Assembly (NCBI RefSeq): GCF_006345805.1
Contig: NC_043003.1
Location: forward strand, 78,926,001 to 78,990,000
Direction of reading: 5' to 3'
DNA length: 64,000 nt
From: Octopus sinensis
Taxonomy: Eukaryota
Shown piece after piece: positions 1 to 11,984 of this stretch. Made by a program: the position numbers and the translations under genes. How positions within the stretch are numbered: the stretch's first letter is position 1; each line of letters opens with the position of its first letter. The notes under the pieces were generated by a model. It saw only the letters and a list, made by a program, of their open reading frames with translations. It was not told the origin of the DNA and did no database searches.

Positions 1-149
1 AGTACACACACACATTATGTGTGTGTGTGTGTGTAAATGAACAACAAACACCCAGCTGTTGCTATACTCTATTCACCAATTGTAGTATGACGGTGTAATA
101 TCAGCAGTTGTAGTGGCAGTCCGCCTTTAAGTGTCGCCAGCTGTCCGAA

Positions 150-425
150 TGTTGGTCTCAGCTGTAGTTTAAGGTCATTCACCATCTGCTGGATGCTGTC
201 ATAGGAGCCATCGGCTCAATTCCGATCGACTGTTAATTTTGGGGTTGAAGCGGTGGATCAGCACGGTGTAATCCACAGAGGGTAGTATGGAGGTATTTAT
301 CTTCTTGGTGTTGCCAAATCTGGTCAGGCGTTTGAAGAAGGCGGAACGCGTTGGTGGTGAGATGCTCTTTAATTCGGACGTGGAGTAGTCCTGTTGTGCT
401 ACCAATGTAGTGGTTGCCGCATTTG
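150..425 (-). mobile_element. Penelope-like element GIY-YIG endonuclease fragment (frameshifted)
   Basis: Minus-strand translation CGNHYIGSTTGLLHVRIKEHL matches the YIG..T...L..R..EH motif of PLE GIY-YIG domains. An adjacent frame gives IHRFNPKINSRSEL, resembling the C-terminal I....P.LN motif. Confidence 0.75.
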
Positions 426-454
426 GAAATGCGGTAACATCGGTAGCACAACAG

Positions 455-720
455 CAACCGAGATTTTATTTCTCCCACCCCTCACACACCAAAAGAATCA
501 TTCCCTTTAACATAGTAAAACGAATTTGCACTATAGTAATAGATGCAAAATTAAGGATTAAAAGATTACAAGAATTAAAAATATTTTTCTAAAAGAACAA
601 AAGTATCCCACTAGATTAATTGATGCAGCAATCACCAAATCAAAAAGAAAAATCCCAACTACGAGCCTTACAGGAAACCCAGTGTCAACATTATCATTAA
701 GATAAAAATTATCTCCCCCA
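455..720 (+). mobile_element. Penelope-like element RT thumb-region fragment
   Basis: FSHPSHTKRIIPFNIVKRICTIV...RLQELKIF, then KYPTRLIDAAITK after a frameshift, fits the HP.H.K..IP....R...L..L.....YP...I pattern of PLE RT C-termini. It is opposite in orientation to the EN fragment. Confidence 0.7.
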
Positions 721-785
721 AAAACCATCTCTACTCATTTTTTCAAATATATTGTATTATACTAAGAACTTACTTTTTATTATTC

Positions 786-819
<34 letters not shown>

Positions 820-992
820 GCCATGATAGATCGCTAGCCACTACACATTTTTTTTAGTTTCCCTCCTTGTTTCTTTTGTGTTCCTTCGTGTGTAGGAGCG
901 TAGGCTCGAAACGTTAAAGACTTTTTCATTTCCCGAGCGTTAAACTAATACGCCTGTTTGTTATCTACACCATCTGTCTTCGACTTTTTTTT

Positions 993-1003
<11 letters not shown>
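820..1003 (+). mobile_element. Short PLE-type terminal repeat, family F (decayed hammerhead-like motif at 882-920)
   Basis: Homologous to 5619-5748(-) and 42465-42668(+). Contains GAGC-GTAG-GCTC-GAAACGTT-AAAGA and lies between (TA)n and (CT)n/(TA)n tracts. Confidence 0.55.
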
Positions 1004-1338
<335 letters not shown>

Positions 1339-1339
<1 letters not shown>

Positions 1340-2260
1340 AGGTGTCCCAAAATTAAGACAACCAACATTTTTCAACTTTGCCAAAACAAAATATTGTTAT
1401 ATTTCGGGTCCAAGCGTTGCAATGCAATGGCAAAGGAAACAATATGACACATATTCGATATGACCAGCTCTGTTTCGAATCACAGCCTTAAGTGTAGGTT
1501 TGAAGGCTTCACACCCGGCATGCATCTGCTCTTGCGGAATCGAAGCTCATTTCTGGCAGTTTTGCCTTCAGAGCGTCGAGCAAAGCATGAGGAGTACATG
1601 AAACCCTCGTTTTGAAAATGGGCCAACCAGAAAAGTCTAACGGTCTAAGATCGGGGCGTCTTGAGGGCCATACAACTTGTGTCTGTTTGGAGATGTGGGA
1701 TGGTGCCGAGTCCTGTTGGAGGCTACAAGGCGCGCCTTGAAGACCTTCCAGTGGCTATCATAGCCGTTCAAACCGTAACTGACTGTGGATTTTGACATGG
1801 ATTTACTAGTCTAACCTCGACGGAGCCAGATACACTCCAAAATCGGTAATTTACGGTGGTTTACTGTCTGTCCGATTTCAAATTTGTTTTCATCAGTAAA
1901 CATCAGGTTGGGTAACACGCCTTCAGCAATCTGACGCAGGATAAGACGACTTCTCTCCAGTTTCATGGCCTTATAAACTTGCGTGCGCTCATGTCGACGG
2001 ATCATCTTGTAGGAGTGTGCACTGAGATCCTCCTTTAGCACTCGATACATCGATGTTCGGCTTGTTTTTGCTGTGGCAATCAGTTTTCTGACAGAACGAC
2101 AAGGATTTCGCGAATCTTTTCTCTGGTACTTTTGGTAAGCTGAGGGGTCTGCACATTTTTTCTTCTACCACGTTCAGGTCGATCAGCGGAGGAACCAGTC
2201 TCTTGAAATTTCTTGGCAGTTTTACAGACTGACGTTCGGTTAATTTTAAGCTTTCTTTTT
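1339..2260 (-). mobile_element. Decayed Tc1/mariner-superfamily transposon (DDxD, maT-like)
   Basis: Minus-strand peptides LMFTDENKFEIGQTVN, QQDSAPSHISKQTQ and WPSRRPDLRPLDF (SPDLNPLD-like) correspond to the three catalytic motifs. Internal deletions and frameshifts; a TIR-like end AGGTGTCCCAAAATTAAG is seen only at 1340. Confidence 0.8.
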
Positions 2261-2386
2261 TTTTTTTTGCTACATTTATATTACTTTCGCCTCCTTTATG
2301 GAAGGTTATACTTGTGTTTCGGTCTATAACCATTATTTAATCTATAAGGCTGAATTGCTTTAGTCTGAAATAAAAAGAAGACGCAC

Positions 2387-2757
2387 GGTAAGTAGCTTGC
2401 TAACCAACCACATGGTTCCGGGTTCAATCCCACTGCGTTGCATCTTAGGCAAGTGTCTTCTGCTATAGGCCCGGGTCGACCAATGCCTTGTGAGTGGATT
2501 TGGTAGACGGAAACTGAAAGAAGCCTGTCGTATATATGTATATATATATATATGTGTGTTTGTGTGTCTGTGTTTGTCCCCCTAGCATTACTTGACAACC
2601 GATGCTGGTGTGTTTACGTCGGCAAAAGAGACCGATAGAATAAGTACTGGGCTTACAACGAATAAGTCCCGGGGTCGATTTGCTCGACTAAAGGCGGTGC
2701 TCCAGCATGGCCACAGTCAAATGACTGAAACAAGTAAAAGAGTAAAAGAGTAAAAGA

Positions 2758-2758
<1 letters not shown>
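2387..2758 (+). mobile_element. SINE family A (tRNA-derived head, CORE-like CTTGGGCAAGTG, internal microsatellite, (TAAAAGAG)n tail)
   Basis: Near-identical to copies at 19976, 41252, 42681 and 53427; the first few head bases are missing. Confidence 0.9.
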
Positions 2759-2840
<82 letters not shown>

Positions 2841-2843
2841 ATA

Positions 2844-2883
<40 letters not shown>

Positions 2884-2885
2884 TG
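2759..2885. repeat. (TA)n microsatellite
   Basis: Read directly. Confidence 0.98.
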
Positions 2886-2979
2886 TATGTATATCTACAT
2901 ATGTGTGTTTGTGTTAAATAAATGAGAAACAAGACCAAGGCAGTGTGATAGTTCTAGGACATTTATAAAGAGAAAGGTA

Positions 2980-3027
2980 GTCTTACAGCTGTTTCAGGGA
3001 TATAAAAGACATCCCATCATCAGAGAC
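2980..3027 (-). ncRNA. Minimal type-I hammerhead ribozyme motif (family G PLE-type terminus, about 2905-3060)
   Basis: Minus strand reads GTCT CTGATGA T-GGGATGT-CTTTT-ATATCCC-T GAA ACAGCTGT A^AGAC. Intact core, palindromic stem III, GUA triplet, stem I GTCT/AGAC. Confidence 0.8.
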
Positions 3028-3312
3028 GATATGAGAGAGTTTCAATAGAATGAAATAGTAGAGTTCGTTATTTTATTTAACATATACACATTCATTAGAC
3101 TCATTAGACTCATTAGTCTCCCCACTTATACTATCATTGAACCGGGAGTCTTATAGCGGTCCTTCCGTAGCACTTACATAGCCTTGTACGTATACGTATA
3201 TATCTATGTGCGCGTATATTTACATATATTTCTTTCTCTTTTTAATTTAGAATAAATTTTGCCCGGTCACCGACTTGGTAGCAAGTTTGTGAAGGAAATT
3301 ATCAATATTTAA

Positions 3313-3960
3313 CCATCATTCTGTAAATCTTAAGAAGGTCTTGCAGTTTTTTACAGTCCCTGGTATAGTGATCACGTGTAGCTTATGAATTAAGGATTTG
3401 CATTCTCACCCCAAGATTCCATGATCAGGCATACTTTGCTCCAGACTGACTGGTATATATCCTATTGTTTCAATAGTAATAGGTATGAGACTGAAAGGGT
3501 ATCTCGGGTACTGGGTTCGCCAACACCTTATTAATGGTCCATAGATATCCCCTTTCTCTTTTATTTTTCTAACCACATTCGTGTCCAGAGGGCAGCTTAT
3601 TTCCACAACAGAGCATATCTTTTCTTTGTGGTCCCAACAGAACATGTCTTGTGTGTATGTACGTACGTATGTATGTATGTATGTATGTATGTATGTATGT
3701 ATGTATGTATGTGCTGTATTTATGTATGTATGTATGTATGTATGTATGTATGTATGTATGTATGTATGTATGTATATATGTATGTATATATGTATGTATA
3801 TATGTACGTATGTATGTATGTATATATGTATGTATATATGTATGTATATATGTATGTACGTACGTACGTACGTATGTATGTATATATGTATGTATGAACG
3901 AATGTATGTATAAAGTATGTTTTTCTTTGGGATCATTTAAGTTTTAATCCTTTGTAGAAT
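3313..3960 (-). mobile_element. R4-like non-LTR retrotransposon 3' fragment (restriction-like endonuclease domain), interrupted by (TATG)n
   Basis: DMFCWDHKEKICSVVEISCPLDTNVVRKIKEKGDIYGPL...FSLIPITIETIGY is a PD..D/E.K RLE pattern; the C-terminal GTVKNCKTFLRF is shared with the 4.5-kb and 9.3-kb copies. Confidence 0.8.
3655..3910. repeat. (TATG)n/(TACG)n microsatellite inside the LINE fragment
   Basis: Read directly. Confidence 0.97.
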
Positions 3961-4494
3961 CGAAGCCAGCCACAAATAAAGGGAAAATTCTCTTGGAGCC
4001 TGTGAATGTCTATATTAGTCAGCGTGCCTCACTGCAGTTTATCTGTCTGTGTGTGTAGTCTATATGTACATTTCGTTGCTATTATGCAAAAGTGTCGTAA
4101 GTCCAAAAAGTTACTGTTTCAGAAAATGGAGAAATAGTTTCAACATTTCATTTCTTTTTACATTAGCAACAGCTTCCAGCTTAACAATAATACTTTGTTT
4201 GGTGCATAAAATCGTAACGCCATGCATGTATGATATTTTCAGTTAGAAATATTTTTGCAAAATTGTCGTTTGTGGGACTTACTACACTTATGAAAAATGC
4301 TAAACCGTTGTACTACACTTTGATAATTTTCATCTGGAGCAGCTGGAGATACGATAGTTTGACCAAAAGAACCGGCTATTGCAAGCAAAATTAAATATTG
4401 AAACCCCCCCCACACACACACACACATTTGTCCAAATTTGGACATACGACAGTTTAACATAATAGCAACGATTTGATTATTTCAATGTGTTTAG

Positions 4495-4910
4495 CTCAGA
4501 AACGGCAAATGGAGAATCTCGGAAATGTTTTGCAACTTTTAACGGTACCCCTAAATGAATATATTTGCGATAATATAATACGAATTAAGCCGTTTTGTTC
4601 TTTTCGGGTATAGCCATCAACACAATAATTAATGTGCTTAAAATTGGAGACGGTTTCATCGACAATGTCATATCTCACTGGATGGTGGATATCTTGCACT
4701 CATTTTGGCACAGTTTCTAATGATATCACTGATATCTTACACCAGTCGTATCGCACAATCAACAGTTACTATCACAACTTACTTCTCTTGTTGATCAGAG
4801 TCCCGGAACTTTTTGATGCAATCTCGTATTTAGCAGCTGTCTCCTGTTCTCGGATAGTAAAACTGTAGCATACTCGACCAGATGTGATGTAGCTACAGAA
4901 GTTCCAGGAG
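4495..4910 (-). mobile_element. R4-like non-LTR retrotransposon 3' fragment with internal deletion
   Basis: Minus-strand IREQETAAKY, DISDIIRNCAKMSARY, HPVRYDIVDETVSN and GTVKSCKTFPRF align by eye with the 9340-10082 copy; the RLE core between them is absent. Confidence 0.65.
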
Positions 4911-4995
4911 AGGCTACGATTGCTGTTAATATTAATGGTATTCTCTAAGCAGAAAATTATAACTTCTGCTGCTGTAATGAATATTTCTCCATTAA

Positions 4996-5214
4996 CCCTT
5001 TAGTGTTCAGATTACTCTGTTAAATGTAATACTTTTTCACTCAAATTGTTTTGAATTAATCCTGCATTATCTTATAGTTTTGAGGTTTCAATGATGTGAT
5101 TGTTTATTTTAAGAATGTCAGTGTAGGTTAGGTGTGAGAGGCTAGATATGGCCAGTTTGAATATAAAAATGTATAATATTTGGGCCAGATATGGCCGGTT
5201 TAAACACTAAAGGG
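4996..5214. mobile_element. piggyBac-like MITE
   Basis: 12-bp TIRs CCCTTTAGTGTT / AACACTAAAGGG, flanked by TTAA (4992-4995) and TTTA (5215-5218); no ORF. Confidence 0.7.
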
Positions 5215-5289
5215 TTTAGTAAGTTAGTCCCATTGCTTTTCGTTTATATGGAACAGCTATATACTCAGTAAATGTTTTCATACGTGTTT

Positions 5290-5489
5290 AATATGTACAT
5301 ATATGTATGCATATACGTACATATATGTATACGTACATTAATGCATGCATGTATATATACATACATGCACACATACACACCAATATGAGTGTGTGTGTGT
5401 GTGTGTGTGTATCTAATTGTATCTCTATCTTTACATAACGTTCGTTCGTGTATTTATGCATAAGTATATATATATGTAATATATATATA

Positions 5490-5565
<76 letters not shown>

Positions 5566-5794
5566 ATAATATATATATATATATACATACATACATACAC
5601 ACACACATATATATAGGAGAATTCACAAAAAAACAAAAGATGAAGGCAGGTGGTTGTAGACAACAAACAGATGTATTAGTATAACACTCGAGAAGTGAAA
5701 AAAAATCTTTAACGTTTCGAGCCTACGCTCTTCCACAGAAAGGAACACATGTGTGTGTGTTTGTATGCATGCATGAATGCATGTATACTATATG

Positions 5795-5826
<32 letters not shown>

Positions 5827-5904
5827 ATATTATATATATACATACATGCATGTGTGTTTATATATATATATTATATATATATATACATCATGCATGAATA
5901 CACA

Positions 5905-5950
<46 letters not shown>

Positions 5951-6421
5951 TCACACACGTATGTGTATGCAGCTCTACGTCTTTATAACATGCGCGTGTA
6001 CTCTGGCGTTTGTTTTATGTGCATGTAAGAGAGTGAAAGAAAAGGACAGTGGTTGGTGTATGTCTTTGTATGAGTAAGTGTAACTATGTGCGTGTGTGCG
6101 TGCGCGTAAGTGTGTCTATGTGTGTGTGTATCTGTGTGTGTTTGTGTGCGCGTGGTTAGTGTAGTTGTGAGTCATATATAATACGTCTGTGTTATCTCTA
6201 AGGTTTGTTTCCCTGTAACACAACAATGTATCAAGTGTTATTAATGAGGAGAGATTTACTTGCCAACTGGTGGCCTATAACGTACACACACACACAACAC
6301 ACACACACACACACAAGCACGCATGCACATATGTGTATACGCATACATACTCATATGAATATACGCATACATACATACATGCATAAGCATACATACGAGT
6401 GCACGCACACACACACACACA

Positions 6422-6498
<77 letters not shown>

Positions 6499-7042
6499 CA
6501 TACATTCGCATACGCAGACAGATGTGCATACAAATGACTACAGGATACTAGGATACTCGTATCCACTTATCACAGAAACTTATACACGAGAGAGGGGGAG
6601 TGAGACAGAGAGAGAGAGGGGGGGGGGGAAAGAGGTGTGAGTGTGGATAGATCCTGTCATGCACGTATGCACACGTTTGCATACGCATAGACTGAGCCAC
6701 AAATACGCACAGAGCCGCAAATACACATCCACATGTTTTATACACATAAAGAGAAGCAGAAATGAGGAAGAGAGACGTAAAGTGGGAGGGAGTGCAGAGA
6801 GAGAAAATTACATAGGATATAACACACACGCACACACACACACATACACACATATACACACACACACACACATACACACATACACGCATACACACACGAA
6901 CATATTCATGAACAATGGCATGCATATACAAACATATACATACACGCGCAAATACACACACACGCGCGCGCGCGCGCGCGCGCAAAATGCATGTACATGT
7001 GCGCACATGCACGCAAGCGCATGCACACACACACACACTCAC

Positions 7043-7079
<37 letters not shown>

Positions 7080-7223
7080 TATGCGTGCCCAAAGGCAAGC
7101 ATGTACAAACACAAACATATGCCCGCAAATGTACACACACACAAAACGCAAGCACATGCACACATACACGCGCAAGCGCGGGCACACCCAGACACACATT
7201 AACCCAAACACACACACGCACAC

Positions 7224-7277
<54 letters not shown>

Positions 7278-7322
7278 GCAAACACTCGGAGGAAGAGCAA
7301 TGGAAATGAAAGAAAGAAATGA

Positions 7323-7357
<35 letters not shown>

Positions 7358-7358
7358 G

Positions 7359-7421
<63 letters not shown>

Positions 7422-7639
7422 GTAGGGAAGGAGGGAGGAAGGAAAAAGGAGAGACGTGGGCAAACATACATGGAGAGACAAACACAGCCATAGATAAAAA
7501 GCACGCACATTATATGCATACTTATATACAGAGAGAGAGAAAAAGAGAGAGAGAGAGAGAAAGAGGAAGAAAAGGAGAGAGAGGGAGGAAAGAGAGGAGA
7601 GGAGATGAGAGAGAGAGGAGAGAGAGAAAGAGAGAGAGA

Positions 7640-7702
<63 letters not shown>

Positions 7703-7745
7703 GAATAAGTGAGAGAGAGAGAGAGGGCGAGAGAGAGAGACAAAC
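5290..7745. repeat. Large simple-repeat domain: (TA), (CA), (TACA), (GC), (GAAA), (GATA), (GA)
   Basis: Read directly; explains the many His/Thr/Val/Cys-rich pseudo-ORFs. Confidence 0.95.
5619..5748 (-). mobile_element. Family F PLE-type terminus with hammerhead-like motif (5706-5743)
   Basis: Minus strand CCTTT CTGTGGA A GAGC GTAG GCTC GAA ACGT T AAAGA; the 3' end runs into (TA)n. Confidence 0.6.
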
Positions 7746-7959
7746 AGAACGATTCGTTGTTAAGACGAAGTATATGGAAAATACGTGTTTTCTGTGGTTG
7801 GTTTGTTAGGTTGTTGTCAAGTGAAGACACATGAGGGTAAGTGGTGAGCTCGCGGCGGGCGTCTGACAGTCATTGACTTGTCTTTTACATAAGATACTTT
7901 TTTGTTTCTTTCTTGCTAACCGAGACACGGGAACCAACGTCGCTACCGCCACCACTAGC

Positions 7960-8276
7960 ATCATCATCACCATTATCGTCATCATCATCATCATTATCGT
8001 CATCATCTACTCACCTCCACTGTCACCGCCACACATCATCATTATCATCAACATGAAAATCTTCTTCTTCTTCTTCTTCTTCTTCATCTTCTTCTCCCCC
8101 TCCTCCTCTTTCTTCTTCTTCTTCTTTTTCTTCTTCTTTTTCTTCTTCTTTACACAAACACACATACATATATATACACATATATATACACGATGTATTA
8201 TATATGTGCGCGTGTATATATATATATAAATATTTATATATATATATATTATATATATGTGTGTATATATGTGTTC

Positions 8277-8316
<40 letters not shown>

Positions 8317-8317
8317 G

Positions 8318-8345
<28 letters not shown>
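7960..8345. repeat. (ATC)n, (TTC)n, (TA)n, (GA)n tracts
   Basis: Read directly. Confidence 0.95.
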
Positions 8346-8348
<3 letters not shown>

Positions 8349-8762
8349 AAGTTGTTTGCGTACAAGGTTAAGTAGGAATAAAACGTTCTTGGAAGAGTAT
8401 ATTAGTAATAATAATGATAATGATGTTAACCCGAAGAAATGAGGGAATTGTGCCTTTATTCACATGCAAGTAAAAAGTGTCTTAATTTTTTTTCTCCAAG
8501 AAATCAAATGAAAGGGAAATAAATAAATAAAATGAAATGATATAAAATATTTCCGCTTTTACATTTATGAAATTTTCGTTCGATGCTTGGGAATGTTTGT
8601 GCTTCTCCTGAAACGAAGTTCAGTTTTCAATTTGCTTTATATACGGAGAAGTAGTGTGGTAAGGATGTGGTGTGAATATACAATTTCGACAACAAATCAA
8701 GCACTCGACAAATTGGGTCGGTCATTGGTTACTGTAGGGCCCACATCTGCTCGACCAGTATA

Positions 8763-9016
8763 AATAAAATAAATGCACCCTTTTAAAGCCTCGCCAGGCT
8801 CATGGGCCCGGTTTCCCGGTTTCAATGGCGTATGTGTTTCCCAGCTGGACGCCAGTTCATCGCAGCATTACTCATTTTTGCCAGCTGAGTGGACTGGAGC
8901 AACGTGAAATGAAGTGTTTTGCTCAAGAACACAAAGCGTCGCCCGGTCCAGGAATCGAAACCACAATCTTACGATCATGATGCTAACGCCCTAACCACTA
9001 GGCCACACGCCTCCAC
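8763..9016 (-). mobile_element. SINE family C, copy 1 of a tandem pair
   Basis: Minus head GGAGGCGTGTGGCCTAGTGGTTAGG...GTTTCGATTCC has Pol III A and B boxes, a CORE-like TTCTTGAGCAAAACAC segment and an (ATTT)n tail. Confidence 0.88.
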
Positions 9017-9246
9017 AAAATAAATGTGCCCTTTTAAAGCTTAGCCAGGCTCATGGGCCCGGTTTCAATGGCGTATGTGTTCCCCAGCTGGACGGGACGC
9101 CAGTCCATCGCAGCGTTACTCATTTTTGCCAGCTGAGTGGACTGGAGCAACGTGAAATGAAGTGTGTTGCTCAAGAACACAACGCGTCGCCCGGTCCAGG
9201 AATCGATCATGATGCTGACACCCTAACCACTAAGCCACGCGCCTCC
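9017..9246 (-). mobile_element. SINE family C, copy 2 of a tandem pair
   Basis: Highly similar to copy 1, with a small deletion near the B box. Confidence 0.88.
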
Positions 9247-9339
9247 TTCGACCACTATACCCCCATCCAAAAAAAACAAAAAAAAAACATGCATGGGTAT
9301 GTTTCCTGAAGACTTGAAGAAGACAGTAACATTAGTATG

Positions 9340-10082
9340 AAGCGAAGCTTCTATTGCACTCCTATCTGCTACATTACACCACACACTTCGAAGGTTATGC
9401 ATTTGCTATCCAGGAACAGGAGATTGCTACTAAATACCTAATCAACAAAAGAGACAGCGAAGCCCTTGGAGTTTCAAGAGGCAACCAAAAATGTAGATTA
9501 TATCATATTTCCGTGGAAGACATCACGCATGTTTTTCGCAGCTGTACAAAAATGTCACCAAGGTACAACCTTCCTATGAACACGACTTTGTCGCAAAAAG
9601 CAGTACACAATGCTATCCACAAAAGATGCTGTCCTTCAATAAATATCGACAATCACCCTTTTGTTGAATACATAAACGAAACATCAACACAAAGAATAGT
9701 GGTGAAACATTACCATCAAAACATCTGTCAGGTATAAGCATAACAGGCCAGATATTGTCACTTGGGACGGACAAAAAAATGTGTGTACCGTCATAGTGAT
9801 CAGTTGTCCTGCTGATGTGAATATCTCCGAAAATCAAAGAGAAAAAGGGGAACTATGGACAGCTGTTTTGAAACTTCCAGTTTCTATATCCAAATTACAA
9901 ATTTACATTTATACCAATAGTAATTGGTGGACTTAGTTTTGTGAACAGATGCTTAAGTGACAGTCTGGATAAGCTTGGAATTTCAGAAAATAAAATAAAG
10001 TCAACTAACTCACACATGACAAATTACAATCTGTAAATGGAACATAAAATATGTAAAACTCTTCTAAAGTTTAAAATGTGAC
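9340..10082 (+). mobile_element. R4-like non-LTR retrotransposon 3' fragment (CCHC knuckle plus RLE), frameshifted
   Basis: GYAFAIQEQEIATKYL...CRLYHISVEDITHVFRSC-KMSPRYNLP, then PDIVTWDGQK.C and a C-terminal KICKTLLKF. Confidence 0.85.
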
Positions 10083-10352
10083 ATTGTTTTCGTTATCAAC
10101 TTTTCAATGATGGGGCTGTATATCTTTGTTAGAAACCAGCTCCTTACTCAGAGGAAGAATTTAAATAATTAAAAACAAGATAACATACATTCCGATTTTC
10201 TGATAGAAGACTATTGTCCGAAACGTCAGCTCTTCCTCCCTTTACGTTTATATGAAAAGCTTTCTCAAAACGAGACTGCAAAATGCATTTCGCAGATTTC
10301 TTAATTATATCCCTGTGATGTAAGATATATTGAATGCTATATGTGTATGTGT

Positions 10353-10581
10353 GGAGGCGCAATGGCCCAATGGTTAGGGCAGCGGGCTCGCGGTCGTAGG
10401 ATTGCGGTTTCGATTCCCAGACCAGGCGTTGTGAGTGTTTATTGAGCGAAAACACCTAAAAGCTCCACGACGCTCCGACAGTGGGTGGTGGCGATCCCTG
10501 CTGTACTCTTTCTCCACAACTTTCTCTCACTCTTTCTTCTGTAGGCCTGCTCACTTAGCCAGCGGGGTGGCATCATTTGAA
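10353..10581 (+). mobile_element. tRNA-derived SINE 5' part (family C-related head, different body)
   Basis: GGAGGCGCAATGGCCCAATGGTTAGG...GTTTCGATTCCC A/B boxes followed by ATTGAGCGAAAACAC. Confidence 0.75.
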
Positions 10582-10698
10582 GTGATATGTGTATGTACGT
10601 GCATGTGTATGTGTTGTATGTGTGTGAGGGAGAGAGAGAATATGTGCATTGTTTGTGTGTGTGTGTGTGTGTATGTGTGTTTGTGTGTGTGTGTGTAT

Positions 10699-10732
<34 letters not shown>

Positions 10733-11031
10733 TTGTATGTAGCTCCTTACTAATGTAATACTTTACATTGTGCGAATGTTCCAGCCGAGCCGTACTTTTT
10801 CATTACCCTTGAAAGTATAATAATGGAATAAGATACTTATGCAATTGTAACTTATTATGCTTTTATAAATATTCTTACACTGTACATGTATTAATTCAAT
10901 ACTAATGTTTTCCAGATCTATAAATTAATTCACATGCACGAGCCTGCATCGACGCACAATATATACATATGCTTGCATTAATGCATATGTATGTATCAAT
11001 ATATACATACATACATACATACATACATACA

Positions 11032-11063
<32 letters not shown>

Positions 11064-11084
11064 CATACATACATATATATATAT

Positions 11085-11893
11085 ATAATAATAAGAGTAA
11101 ATAATTTCTATAAAGGTTTTTAAAAAAACCGCAATTATTTACTGGTAGAATTCGGTATGTAAATATAGCCGATTACCGGCAGGAACTTCTGTAAAGTTCA
11201 GTATATATATTGTATATAAGAAAAGGGACAAGCAACAGGTTGCTTGACCGCATACCGAAAAAATAGAAATAGCAGTCAAGAATGCTATTTCTATCAAGTG
11301 GGACTCCCGGCACGACAAACCCTGTAATTCACATATGCAAAACAGAAGGAATAGATAACGAAAAGGAAGTCTGGTGGTTATCTGGGAACATCATGTTTCT
11401 GGATTATAAAACATATTGAATATATATTTCATATATATTTTGATATATATTCATATACATTGCATATATGTTTCACATCCTTCTTCAGCACAGCTTTCCA
11501 TTGAAAAAGATTTATCATAGATTTATCAAATGCTACGTACCTCAAACCTTCTGACCATGCGACATCAAAATATTTGAAGAAAGTGAGCAAAAGCTAAACC
11601 TACATAGACTTTTGAATTCGTAAATCTTCCCTCCAAAATTTTGCCATGCGCACTACAAAAATAGTTCCATAGGAGTAGGAACCATTTGGTTGTCGTAAGG
11701 GAGTGAAAAATCCAATTAGTAATATAATAATAAGAGTAAATAATTTCTATAAAGGTTTTTAAAAAAACCGCAATTATTTACTGGTAGAGTCGTGCCCGGA
11801 GTCCCACTTTGATAGAAATAAGCATTCTTGACTGCTATTTCTATTTTTTCGGTATGCGGTCAAGCAACCTGTTGCTTGTCCCTTTTTCTTATA
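11085..11893. mobile_element. (TA)n-flanked fold-back element: 65-bp direct repeat plus about 100-bp inverted repeat, with hammerhead-like motif
   Basis: Direct repeat 11085-11149 / 11722-11788; inverted arms 11213-11316 / 11789-11893; hammerhead-like motif 11382-11494(-). Confidence 0.6.
11382..11494 (-). ncRNA. Hammerhead-like motif with long AT-rich stem II
   Basis: GCTGTG CTGAAGA A GGAT...GAAACATAT...ATATGTTTT...ATCC A GAA ACAT-G-ATGT T^CCCAG; one mismatch in stem I. Confidence 0.5.
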
Positions 11894-11984
11894 TATATAT
11901 ATATATATATATACCGGAGTAAACACATAAATGTGAAACAAGGTGGAAAAAAGAGTACTCAAATACCAGTGGTAGAGTAATATG

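Noticed and set aside
45-100. Hammerhead-like TTGGTGA...AACAGCTGG downstream of the GIY-YIG fragment (minus strand)
   Set aside because: The core and GAAA are both damaged; too decayed to support.
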